A DNA stretch of 64,000 bases from an uncultured Gemmatimonadaceae bacterium (GTDB taxonomy: Bacteria; Gemmatimonadota; Gemmatimonadetes; Gemmatimonadales; Gemmatimonadaceae): the NCBI GenBank assembly GCA_963781585.1, contig CAWAGQ010000010.1:272604-336603 (forward strand), in the 5' to 3' direction. Below the pieces are notes generated by a model. It was not told the origin of the DNA. It did not search any database and was given only the letters and a program-made list of their open reading frames with translations. A program made the translations under genes and the position numbers. Positions 50,045 to 59,618 of this stretch are shown piece by piece; positions within the stretch are counted from its first letter, which is position 1; every line of letters starts with the position of its first letter.

Positions 50045-52924
50045 ATGCTCGTGACCCGATCGACGACGCCCGTACGGTTTCGTCGCCCGCTGACCGTCGC
50101 CATTGCGCTCGCCGTCAGCGCTTCCACGCTTCTGGCCCAGGGACATATCACGACGCCGAAGGAATTCTTCGGCCACAACGTGGGGGACGACTACTTCCTG
50201 GCCAACTACACCCAGTTCATGGGCTACTGGCACAAGATCGATTCGGAATCCAATCGCATGGTGGTGCAGGAGATTGGCAAGACGGCCGAGGGTCGGCCGC
50301 AGCTGATGGCCATCATCACCGCGCCGGAGAACTTCGCGAAGCTCGCCCACTACAAGGACATCGCGAAGCGCCTGGCGCTCGCCGAGGGCGTGACCGACGC
50401 GCAGGCCCACGCACTCGCCAAGGAAGGCAAGGCGGTGGTCTGGATCGATGGCGGACTGCACGCCACCGAAGTGGTCGGAACGCAGCAGTTGATCGAGACG
50501 TCGTACCAGCTCGTGAGCCGTAACGACGAGGAAACGCAGCGGGTGCTGCGTGACGACATCATCCTGCTCGTCCACGTGAACCCGGACGGGATGGAGCTCG
50601 TCTCCAACTGGTACATGAAGGATGCGGATACGCTGAAGCGCAGCATGAACATCCCGCGCCTCTACCAGAAGTACATTGGTCACGACGACAATCGTGACTT
50701 CTACATGCTGAACCAGCCGGAAACGGTAAACGACGCGCGCATCGCCTATCACGAGTGGTTCCCGCAGATCATCTACAACCATCATCAGGCCGGTCCCGCG
50801 GGCACCGTCATCTTCACGCCGCCCTTCCGCGACCCGTTCAACTACAACTTCGATCCGATGATTCCGATCGGCATCGACCTGGTCGCCGCTGCCATGCACG
50901 ACCGCTTCCTGCGCGAAGGGAAGCCGGGGTTCACGATGCGATCCGGCTCGAGCTATTCCACGTGGTGGAACGGCGGCCTGCGTACCGTGGCCTACTTCCA
51001 CAACATGATCGGCCTGCTCACGGAGATCATCGGCAATCCCACGCCCGGCGAGATCCCGTTCGTCCCGAACTTCCAGCTGCCGCGGGGCGACATCCCGGCG
51101 CCCATCGCACCGCAGAAGTGGCACTTCCGCCAGTCGATCGATTACGACGTGTCGGCGAACTACGCGGTCATGAACATCGCCGCGCAGCGAAAGGAAGACT
51201 TCCTGTTCAACATCTGGCGCATGGGGATGAACTCCATCGAGCGCGGTAGCCGCGACAACTGGACGGTCACGCCCACCGAAATGGACTCCCTGGAGGCGCT
51301 CATCGCACGTGATCGCGCGGCCGCGGGAGGTGGAGCCGGCGGGCGTGGTGGAAGGGGCGGGGGAGGCGGGGGTGGTGGAGGCCGTGGCGGCGCCGATCTG
51401 ACGCACTATTACACGGATTTTCTCCACGATCCCGCGAAGCGCGATCCGCGCGGCTTCATCATTCCGTCCGATCAGGCCGACTTCCTCACGGCCACCAAGT
51501 TCGTGAACGCGCTGCGCAAAGTGAACGTCGCAGTCGACCGCGCCACCAGGTCGTTCACCGTGGCCGGCAAGTCGTATCCTGCGGGCTCCTATGTGGTGAA
51601 GGCCGCGCAGGCATTCCGGCCTCATGTGATGGACATGTTCGAGCCGCAGGATCACCCGAACGATTTCGCGTACCCGGGTGGCCCGCCTCGCCCGCCCTAC
51701 GACAACGCAGGGTGGACGCTCGCGTTCATGATGGGCGTGCAGTTCGACCGCATTCTGGATGGATTCGACTGTCCCTGTGAACGCATCGAGGGCATGGCGG
51801 TGGCCCCGCCGGGCACGGTGGCGGGTACCGGCAACGCCCGCGGACTGCTGCTCGGTCACGATCAGAACGACGCGTTCATCGCGGTGAATCGTGCGCTGAA
51901 AGCGGGCGCCAGTGTCTACTGGCTCAAAGCGCCCATGACCGCGAACGGGCACACGTATGGTGCGGGGTCCTTCTATATCGACGCCGCCGGACCGGCTCGC
52001 GACGTGGCCACCAAGGCGGCCAGGGATCTCGGCCTGTCGTTCGATGGCACGCCATCCGGGCCGAGCGCGGATGCCATGCCACTGAAGACCCGGCGCGTGG
52101 CGCTCTGGGATCAGTATGGCGGATCGATGCCGTCGGGCCAGACGCGCTGGCTGCTCGAACAGTTCGAGTTCCCCTTCGACGTGGTGTATCCGCAGACGCT
52201 GGATGCAGGAAATCTCCACGACAAGTACGACGTGATCATCTTCGTCACCGGCGCCATTCCGGCACCGCCGTCCGCCGGAGGACGCGGTGCCTTCGGCGGC
52301 CGGGGCGGGGGCGGGGGGGGACGCGGCAGCGCCAACCCGGCCGACATCCCCGCCGAGTATCGCGCGATGCTGGGCCGCATCACACCCGAACAGACGATCC
52401 CGCAGCTGAAGAAATTCCTCGACGATGGCGGCACGATCATCACGATCGGGTCCTCGACCGATCTGGCCGAGTACCTCCATCTTCCGGTGCGCGACTATCT
52501 GGTGGAGCGGTCGCCGACCGGTCAGGAGACGTCCCTTCCGCGGGAGAAGTTCTACATCCCGGGGTCGGTGATGCAGGTGAGCGTCGACAACGGGCTCCCC
52601 GTTGCCATGGGGCTGGGGAAGCAGGTGGACGTATTTTTCGAGAATTCGCCGGTGTTCCGCCTCGAGCCCGATGCCGCCCTGAAAGGGGTGAAACCGATCG
52701 CGTGGTTCGACTCGCCGCATTCGCTCCGAAGCGGATGGGCGTGGGGCCAGAACTATCTGGAAGGCGGCGCGGCGATGGTGGAGGCTGACGTAGGCAAGGG
52801 AAAGCTCTATCTGTTCGGCCCGGAGATCCTGTTCCGGGCGCAGCCCGCCGGCACCTTCAAGTTCCTGTTCAACGGGATCTATGCGGGTTCGCTGACGACC
52901 GCGGCACAGCGGGTGGTGCAATAA
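50045..52924 (+). CDS. M14-family zinc carboxypeptidase, exported
   Basis: GLHATE, VNPDG, DDNRD and YNHHQ motifs; C-terminal class-I GATase-like domain. Confidence 0.9.
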   Translation: MLVTRSTTPVRFRRPLTVAIALAVSASTLLAQGHITTPKEFFGHNVGDDYFLANYTQFMGYWHKIDSESNRMVVQEIGKTAEGRPQLMAIITAPENFAKLAHYKDIAKRLALAEGVTDAQAHALAKEGKAVVWIDGGLHATEVVGTQQLIETSYQLVSRNDEETQRVLRDDIILLVHVNPDGMELVSNWYMKDADTLKRSMNIPRLYQKYIGHDDNRDFYMLNQPETVNDARIAYHEWFPQIIYNHHQAGPAGTVIFTPPFRDPFNYNFDPMIPIGIDLVAAAMHDRFLREGKPGFTMRSGSSYSTWWNGGLRTVAYFHNMIGLLTEIIGNPTPGEIPFVPNFQLPRGDIPAPIAPQKWHFRQSIDYDVSANYAVMNIAAQRKEDFLFNIWRMGMNSIERGSRDNWTVTPTEMDSLEALIARDRAAAGGGAGGRGGRGGGGGGGGGRGGADLTHYYTDFLHDPAKRDPRGFIIPSDQADFLTATKFVNALRKVNVAVDRATRSFTVAGKSYPAGSYVVKAAQAFRPHVMDMFEPQDHPNDFAYPGGPPRPPYDNAGWTLAFMMGVQFDRILDGFDCPCERIEGMAVAPPGTVAGTGNARGLLLGHDQNDAFIAVNRALKAGASVYWLKAPMTANGHTYGAGSFYIDAAGPARDVATKAARDLGLSFDGTPSGPSADAMPLKTRRVALWDQYGGSMPSGQTRWLLEQFEFPFDVVYPQTLDAGNLHDKYDVIIFVTGAIPAPPSAGGRGAFGGRGGGGGGRGSANPADIPAEYRAMLGRITPEQTIPQLKKFLDDGGTIITIGSSTDLAEYLHLPVRDYLVERSPTGQETSLPREKFYIPGSVMQVSVDNGLPVAMGLGKQVDVFFENSPVFRLEPDAALKGVKPIAWFDSPHSLRSGWAWGQNYLEGGAAMVEADVGKGKLYLFGPEILFRAQPAGTFKFLFNGIYAGSLTTAAQRVVQ

Positions 52925-53032
52925 CCGCTCGTCACATGGAGTGTCCCGCTCCCTGATGGGAGGCGAGATTCGTGAGGCGGCGGTACCGTTCCGGTGCCGC
53001 CGCCTCGATCGTGGACCCGACGCAGGGGACGG

Positions 53033-54103
53033 ATGACTGCTCCACCAAACAGAAAACGCACGGGCGGCACCGCGGCGCGCACCGCGGCGGTCGTGGCGCT
53101 CATCGCGGTGGCGTTACTCGCCCTCCTCTTCATCGCCCGCAACGACGAGCACGGGGAGCTGGACGACGCCGCGCGCGCGGGCGTTCCGGGCATGTTCGCG
53201 AGACTCAGCGACGGCATGGTGCACTACGACCTCGCCGGCGCCGACACCGCGCCCGTCGTGGTGCTGGTCCATGGCTTCTCCGTCCCGTACTACATCTGGG
53301 ATACGACATTCGCCACGCTGCGCGCACAGGGCTACCGCGTGCTGCGCTACGACATGTTCGGGCGCGGCTACTCGGATCGGCCGCGCCTGACGTACGACTC
53401 CGCGTTGTACGTGCGCCAGCTCGACGAGCTGCTGGACACCCTTCGCCTGAAGGGACCCGTGGATCTGGTGGGCCTCTCGATGGGCGGCCGCGTGGTCACG
53501 CAGTACGCCCTGGCGCACCGCCCGCGAGTCCGGAGCGTCGTCCTCATGGATCCGGCCTACTCCCGGGCCGGGGGAGGCGGCTTCGTGTTAGGCGTGCCGC
53601 TGCTCGCCGAGTACTATTTCGCGGTGTTCGCGGCCCCGCGTCTCGCGGAAGGACAGCTGTCTGACTTCCTTCACCCCGAGCGCCACCCTGACTGGCCGGC
53701 CCGGTATCGTCCCCAGATGCGCTACCGTGGATTCCGGCGCGCGCTCCTCGGCACGCTGCGCAGTAATGCGGGGCGCGATGACGGTGACATGTATGCCCGC
53801 TTTGGCGCGCTGGACATTCCCACCCTGCTGATCTGGGGGCGCGAGGACCACACGGTGCCGTTCGCGATGAGCGACTCGCTGCGGAAGCGCGTACCCTCTG
53901 TCACGTTCTTCGCGGTCGACAGCGCGGGGCATCTGCCCGCCATCGAGCAGCCCGACACCACCCACGCGATACTCCTCACGTTCCTGCGGGCGCAGCAGCC
54001 GAGGCGACTGCCGGAGGTTCCGGCAAGAGAGCCTAACGGAGCACCGCCGCCGCGATCCCCGCCGCCTTCGCGATTGCCGCCACCGCGATCGGGAACAGGG
54101 TGA
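53033..54103 (+). CDS. Alpha/beta hydrolase with N-terminal membrane anchor
   Basis: VLVHGF, DMFGRGYS, GLSMGG, WGRED and AGH motifs. Confidence 0.9.
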   Translation: MTAPPNRKRTGGTAARTAAVVALIAVALLALLFIARNDEHGELDDAARAGVPGMFARLSDGMVHYDLAGADTAPVVVLVHGFSVPYYIWDTTFATLRAQGYRVLRYDMFGRGYSDRPRLTYDSALYVRQLDELLDTLRLKGPVDLVGLSMGGRVVTQYALAHRPRVRSVVLMDPAYSRAGGGGFVLGVPLLAEYYFAVFAAPRLAEGQLSDFLHPERHPDWPARYRPQMRYRGFRRALLGTLRSNAGRDDGDMYARFGALDIPTLLIWGREDHTVPFAMSDSLRKRVPSVTFFAVDSAGHLPAIEQPDTTHAILLTFLRAQQPRRLPEVPAREPNGAPPPRSPPPSRLPPPRSGTG

Positions 54104-54449
54104 GACCGACGGAAAACACGAACCCGTACCGGAACAGTGCCGGCCCGACCGGATCCAGACTCTCGTTCCCGCGGCGTCGGATAAACAATTCGGTCATCCA
54201 TCCGCCCGTGTAACAGACATTGGCCAGCAGGCCGTATACGCCGGCCACCACCAGGCTGCCGACGAGAGGAACTGGCGCTGGGTGCGGGGGAAGCAGCGCG
54301 ATGAGGTTCACCGCGCCAAGGGTGACGAGTCCGGTGGCGCCCACAGCCAGGTTGAACGGCAGTCGCCGGGACTCCCACCATCCGATGATCTGCGACGGCG
54401 TGCGGCAGGTGTAGGGAAGCCGGAAGAAGAACCTGGTGAGTGCGGGCAC
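54033..54449 (-). CDS. Small membrane protein (3 TM)
   Basis: IIGWWESRRLPFNLAVG and ANVCYTGGW motifs; GAGG before the inferred GTG start. Confidence 0.7.
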   Translation of the reverse strand: MPALTRFFFRLPYTCRTPSQIIGWWESRRLPFNLAVGATGLVTLGAVNLIALLPPHPAPVPLVGSLVVAGVYGLLANVCYTGGWMTELFIRRRGNESLDPVGPALFRYGFVFSVGLTLFPIAVAAIAKAAGIAAAVLR

Positions 54450-54599
54450 GATGTCCTCGGACGCGGGCAGGGGCCGTGCGCAGACCGGCGGCGGCCACAT
54501 GGCATGGGCGCACGATACAAAGAGCACTTTGCGTTGTAAAGGGCGCCTCAACCCCGGCCGGCAATCACTGTAGATTCTGCCTCTTCGACAAACACCGGA

Positions 54600-55667
54600 A
54601 TGCTCAACCTGTTTGACTACGAGCACGCCGCGCGGGAACGCCTTCCCGAGGCTGCCTGGGGCTACTTCGCTGGAGGCGCGAACGACGAAGTGACCCTCCA
54701 CGAAAACCGCGCCGCGTTCGACGCGCTGGCGTTGCGGTTTCGCACCATGGTCGACGTAAGCACGCGCGCGCTCGACACCCGCGTGCTCGGCACCCGCATT
54801 CCGTTTCCCGTGTTGCTGGCGCCGACGGCGATGCAGCGGCTCGCGCACCCTGATGGGGAGTGCGCCACCGCTCGGGCGGCGGCGCGCGCCGGGACCGTGA
54901 TGGTCGTGAGCACCACGGCCACGACCAGCCTGGAGGAGGTGCGCGCGGCGGCGCCGGGCCCGATGTGGTTTCAGCTCTACGTCTATCGGGACCGGGAGAT
55001 CACTCGCGCCCTGATCGAGCGCGCGCGCGAGGTGGGATACCAGGCGATCATGCTGACGGTAGACGCGCCGCTGCTCGGCCGCCGGGAACGCGACATCCGC
55101 AGTGGGTTTACCCTGCCCGACGATCTGCGCATTGCCAACGCCGAGACCGCCGGCATGGGCCAGGTTCCCGACGCGAGTACGGACGCGTCGGGCCTGATGC
55201 TGCATTTCCGGGATCTCCACGATCCGGCGCTGACGCCCCGGGACATCGAGTGGGTCGCTTCGGTGAGCGGACTCCCGGTGGTGGTGAAGGGAATCGTTCG
55301 AGGCGACGACGCACAACGCGCGGTGGATCACGGTGCGGCGGCGGTGGTGGTTTCGAATCACGGGGGTCGGCAGCTCGATACGGCCATCCCCGCGATCCGA
55401 GCGCTTCCCGAGGTGGCCGACGCGGTGGGAGGACGGGCCGAAGTCCTGATGGACGGCGGAGTGCGACGCGGCACCGACGTGCTGAAGGCCATCGCGTTAG
55501 GCGCCGAGGCCGTCCTGGTGGGGCGGCCGGTGCTCTGGGGACTCGCCGTGGGCGGCGAGGACGGCGTGCTGGCGGTCCTCCTCACCCTGCGCGACGAGTT
55601 CGACCTGGCCATGGCGCTGGCGGGAGCGCGAAATCTCGCCGACATCACCCGGGACCTCATCGCATGA
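54600..55667 (+). CDS. FMN-dependent alpha-hydroxy acid oxidase/dehydrogenase
   Basis: APTAMQ, WFQLY, LTVDAP..GRRERD, SNHGGRQLD and DGGVRRGTD motifs. Confidence 0.94.
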   Translation: MLNLFDYEHAARERLPEAAWGYFAGGANDEVTLHENRAAFDALALRFRTMVDVSTRALDTRVLGTRIPFPVLLAPTAMQRLAHPDGECATARAAARAGTVMVVSTTATTSLEEVRAAAPGPMWFQLYVYRDREITRALIERAREVGYQAIMLTVDAPLLGRRERDIRSGFTLPDDLRIANAETAGMGQVPDASTDASGLMLHFRDLHDPALTPRDIEWVASVSGLPVVVKGIVRGDDAQRAVDHGAAAVVVSNHGGRQLDTAIPAIRALPEVADAVGGRAEVLMDGGVRRGTDVLKAIALGAEAVLVGRPVLWGLAVGGEDGVLAVLLTLRDEFDLAMALAGARNLADITRDLIA

Positions 55668-57706
55668 GCGCCGCGGGCGACGGAGTCCTCTGGCGTCCGT
55701 CGCCCGGGCGGTTGGCGGGGACGCATATGCGCGCCTTTGCCGAGGCTGCGACCCGGGCCGGCGAGGCGGACGCGGCGAGGGGCGATGGCACGGTGGACTA
55801 CGAGGCGCTCTGGCGCTGGTCGATCGATCGTCCGGAGCGCTTCTGGCCAATGGTGTGGCGCTACGGGAGCGTCGTCGCGCAGTCGCGGACGACCGAGGCG
55901 CCCTGGGATCGAGTGCTCGTCGGCGGCGATCGGATGGCACCGCCCGATCCGGTGCTCGGACCGCGCTGGTTCCCCGGCGCGCAACTGAACTTCGTCGAGA
56001 ACCTGCTTCGGTTCGGTGGCGACCGGGAGGCTGTTGTATCGTGGAATGAGGGCGGCCGCCATGCCGCGCTGACCTGGGCGCAGCTGCGCGCCGGCGTCGC
56101 GGGCGCGGCCGGCGCGCTTCGCGCCCAGGGCATCCGGCCAGGAGACCGTGTCGCCGGCTTCATGCCGAATATTCCCGAGACAATCGTAGCAATGCTCGGC
56201 GCGGCGAGCCTGGGCGCGATCTGGTCGTCCTGTTCTCCCGACTTCGGCGTGAAGGGCGTACTGGATCGGTTTGGCCAGATCGCGCCGCGCGTGCTGGTGG
56301 TCGCCGACGGCTATCTGTACGGCGGGAAGGAGATCGATTCGCTGCCCCGGGTGCGCGAGATCGCCCGCGCGATCGGCGAAATCGAGCGGGTGGTGGTGGT
56401 GCCGTACCGCAACCCGTCGCCGTCGCTGGATGGGATCCGCGGCGCGGTGCTCTGGTCCGACTGGTTGGGTGGCGATGCCGAACGCGTCGAGGCGAGTGGC
56501 TACCCGCGTTTTCCGTTCGATCACCCCCTCTACATCATGTACTCGTCAGGCACCACCGGGCTGCCGAAGTGCATGGTGCACGGAGCCGGTGGGACCCTGC
56601 TGCAGCATCTGAAGGAGCACCTGCTGCACACGGATGTGCATCGTGACGATCGGGTGTTCTACTTCACCACCTGCGGGTGGATGATGTGGAACTGGCTGGT
56701 GAGCGTGCTGGCGACGGGAGCCACGGTGGTGCTGTACGACGGTTCGCCGCTCGCGCCGCGCCGGTCGATTCTCTGGAGAATGGCCGAGGCGGAGCGCGTC
56801 AGCATCTTCGGCACCAGCGCCAAGTACCTCGCGCTGGCGGAGAAGGAAGGCCTGGAACCGGGCCGCACGCACGACCTTTCCGCCCTGCGTACGATTCTCT
56901 CCACCGGGAGCCCGCTCGCCCCCCCCAGCTTCGACTGGGTCTACGCCCACGTGAAGGCGGACGTCTGTCTCAGCAGCATCAGCGGCGGCACCGACATCAT
57001 TTCCTGCTTCGCGGGCGGCAATCCGGCCGGCCCGGTGTATCGCGGTGAGATTCAGGTTCGCGCGCTGGGCATGGCGGTTGACGTCTACGACGAGACTGGT
57101 CGGCCTGTGCGCGGCGAGCCGGGGGAACTGGTGTGCACCAGACCATTTCCGAGCATGCCGGTGGCGTTCTGGAACGACCCGGACGGGGAGAAATACCAGC
57201 ATGCCTACTTCGACCACTTCCCCGGCGTCTGGCGTCACGGAGACTGGGCCGAGATCTCCCCGCACGGCGGCATGGTAATCACCGGACGGAGCGACGCCAC
57301 GCTCAATCCGGGCGGTGTGCGGATCGGGACCGCGGAAATCTACCGGCAGGTGGAGCAGCTCCCCGAGATCATCGAGAGCCTGGTGATCGGCCAGGAGATC
57401 GGCGGCGAGCGGGAGCGCGATGTGCGCATCGTGCTGTTCGTGAGGTTGCGCGAGGGCGAGGTGTTGACCGCGACCCTGCGGGATCGCATCAGGCAGCAGG
57501 TCCGGGACAACGCCAGTCCGCATCACGTTCCGAAAGTGATCGTCCAGGTATCCGACCTGCCGCGCACCATCAGCGGCAAGATCACCGAGCTCGCGGTGCG
57601 GGACGTGGTGCACGGGCGTCCAGTGAACAATGCCGACGCACTCGCGAATCCGGAGGCGCTCGAGCTGTTTCGGGATCTGCCGGAGTTGCGCGCGCGGCCG
57701 CGCTGA
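55664..57706 (+). CDS. Acetoacetate-CoA ligase
   Basis: SSGTTGLPKCMVH, FTTCGWMMWNW, SISGGTDI and GRSDATLNPGGVRIGTAEIY motifs; ATGA overlap with the upstream gene. Confidence 0.93.
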   Translation: MSAAGDGVLWRPSPGRLAGTHMRAFAEAATRAGEADAARGDGTVDYEALWRWSIDRPERFWPMVWRYGSVVAQSRTTEAPWDRVLVGGDRMAPPDPVLGPRWFPGAQLNFVENLLRFGGDREAVVSWNEGGRHAALTWAQLRAGVAGAAGALRAQGIRPGDRVAGFMPNIPETIVAMLGAASLGAIWSSCSPDFGVKGVLDRFGQIAPRVLVVADGYLYGGKEIDSLPRVREIARAIGEIERVVVVPYRNPSPSLDGIRGAVLWSDWLGGDAERVEASGYPRFPFDHPLYIMYSSGTTGLPKCMVHGAGGTLLQHLKEHLLHTDVHRDDRVFYFTTCGWMMWNWLVSVLATGATVVLYDGSPLAPRRSILWRMAEAERVSIFGTSAKYLALAEKEGLEPGRTHDLSALRTILSTGSPLAPPSFDWVYAHVKADVCLSSISGGTDIISCFAGGNPAGPVYRGEIQVRALGMAVDVYDETGRPVRGEPGELVCTRPFPSMPVAFWNDPDGEKYQHAYFDHFPGVWRHGDWAEISPHGGMVITGRSDATLNPGGVRIGTAEIYRQVEQLPEIIESLVIGQEIGGERERDVRIVLFVRLREGEVLTATLRDRIRQQVRDNASPHHVPKVIVQVSDLPRTISGKITELAVRDVVHGRPVNNADALANPEALELFRDLPELRARPR

Positions 57707-57745
57707 CGGTGGAAAGGGCTGCGGGTCAGGCTGTCACGCGACCTG

Positions 57746-59452
57746 CTATCGCAACAGCTTCTGCTCCCGCCGCCCTCCGGATCCGACGGTGCGTCGGGCC
57801 ACGGATTCCTGCGCGTGTTCGGCCATCCGACGCACCAGTTGCTCGAGCACTTCGCGGTGGGAACGACTGACGCGTCCGAAGATGGTGCGTGCGATCCCGT
57901 ACATCACGCTGACGTTGGCGAGGACGATCGGCGCTATCAGCCAGGGCGCATGGAGGGCGCCCATGGTGAAGGCAATGGATGGTCCGATGGTGCCGCCGCC
58001 TCCTCCGCCCATGATGCCGCCGAACAGGCCGCCCGCGATGTCGCGCAGTTGCTCGCCGGCGTGAATGGCGGTCCGCCCGTCGCGGACCATGACGGAGACC
58101 TGTACCCTCCGGCGGCGCTCGGTGGACGACCACGTGAGGGTGCGACCGATGCTGCTCACGATGCCGGGCTCGTTGAGCGCCCGGCGGATGTCGTCCACCA
58201 GCACCTCGAAGTCGCGCTCGAGCATCTCGCCGGGCACGATGGCTTCGAGCGCGATGCTGGTCGGTGAGCCCAGAAAGGCGTTCTTGCGCGGGCCGATGCC
58301 GGGGCGCACCTCCACGGTTCCCGGGTCCCTCGCGCCGATCCCGTGCTCGGCGAGTGCGCGCCGCATGAACTGCTCGCCGATGCCGGCTTCCTTTGCGGCC
58401 TCCCTCACCTGATCGAGCTGGTATCCGGCGCTGAGGGGCTCGGCGCGGCGTCGGGCGAGCTGATCCGGAGCCGGACGCTGGAGGGGCGCGAGCGGCCGGG
58501 TCATGTCCTGGAGTTCCGCCGCGCGGTGCCACAGTTCCTGTGCCTCGGTGGATGAGATGGCCACCGGGTCGCCCGGCGGCGGCGCCGGGACGTCGTCCGC
58601 CGGCAGCATCGCGTCCACCCGATCGAGCGTCTCCACCAGCTCACCACATGACTGAAAGCGATCGGCCGGGTCCTTGGCCAGGCACCGATCGACCACGGCC
58701 GCCAGCGATCCGGGGACGGTCGGCGCCAGCGCCGCCAGCGACGGCGCGGCCCGCGTGACGTGCGCCACGAGCACCGCCGAGGCGGTGGGGCTTTCGAACG
58801 GAAATCGGCCCGAGAGCGCGAAGAACGCCACCACTCCTAACGAGTAGATGTCGCTGCGCGGATCGACGCCCTCGCCCGCGACCTGCTCGGGGCTCATGTA
58901 ATGGACGGTCCCGAGGACCGTCCCGGTGGCGGTGAGCGGGGCCGCCTCGGCCACCCGGGCAATACCGAAATCGGTCACCAGCGCACGTCCGGATGCCTGG
59001 TCGATGAGAATGTTCTCCGCCTTCACATCGCGATGCACGACGCCCATCGTGTGCGCGTAGTCGAGGGCCTCCGCGACGTCACGGAGAATCGAGACGGCGG
59101 TACGGGGCCGCAACGGTCCTCCCTCGCGGATCATCTGCGACAACGGCGGTCCCGCCACGTATCCCATGACGAAGAAGACATGGCCATCGATCTCGTCGGC
59201 CCGGTGAATCGGCACGATGTTGGGATGGGACAAGGCCGCTGCCGTGCGGGCCTCGCGAAGAAAGCGTTCGCGAATCACCGGGTCGCTGGCGAGCTGCGGT
59301 GGGAGGGTCTTGATCGCCACGTCACGATCGAGTTTCAGATCGTGCGCCAGATACACGACCCCCATGCCGCCGCGACCCACCTCGCGCTGGATTGCGTACT
59401 GGCCGGAGAGGGCGCGGACGAAGGGATCGATGGGGAGCGGGCTTCCCGTCAC
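57746..59452 (-). CDS. Hanks-type Ser/Thr protein kinase with C-terminal TM region
   Basis: GRGGMG, AIK, HRDVKAEN, DFG and YMSPEQ motifs. Confidence 0.93.
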   Translation of the reverse strand: MTGSPLPIDPFVRALSGQYAIQREVGRGGMGVVYLAHDLKLDRDVAIKTLPPQLASDPVIRERFLREARTAAALSHPNIVPIHRADEIDGHVFFVMGYVAGPPLSQMIREGGPLRPRTAVSILRDVAEALDYAHTMGVVHRDVKAENILIDQASGRALVTDFGIARVAEAAPLTATGTVLGTVHYMSPEQVAGEGVDPRSDIYSLGVVAFFALSGRFPFESPTASAVLVAHVTRAAPSLAALAPTVPGSLAAVVDRCLAKDPADRFQSCGELVETLDRVDAMLPADDVPAPPPGDPVAISSTEAQELWHRAAELQDMTRPLAPLQRPAPDQLARRRAEPLSAGYQLDQVREAAKEAGIGEQFMRRALAEHGIGARDPGTVEVRPGIGPRKNAFLGSPTSIALEAIVPGEMLERDFEVLVDDIRRALNEPGIVSSIGRTLTWSSTERRRRVQVSVMVRDGRTAIHAGEQLRDIAGGLFGGIMGGGGGGTIGPSIAFTMGALHAPWLIAPIVLANVSVMYGIARTIFGRVSRSHREVLEQLVRRMAEHAQESVARRTVGSGGRREQKLLR

Positions 59453-59618
59453 TGGAGGTCGGGGAGGCGCAACCGGCCGTGGTGCAGCGGGGCGCCTCCG
59501 GTATGGTCGCGATGCCGTACGAGGGAGGATCGGGTGAAGTTGCGCGCGCGCGCGCCGGGCGGCCAGTCGACCGGCACGGACATCGGCCGCCGGGACGAGA
59601 GCGGCGTGGAGACGTTCC

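Noticed and set aside
50024..52921. 965-aa minus-strand ORF
   Set aside because: Mirror of the M14 peptidase with no recognisable motifs.
54860..55663. N-terminal extension of acetoacetate-CoA ligase (948-aa ORF)
   Set aside because: Alternate frame of the oxidase gene; the real start is the ATGA overlap at 55664.
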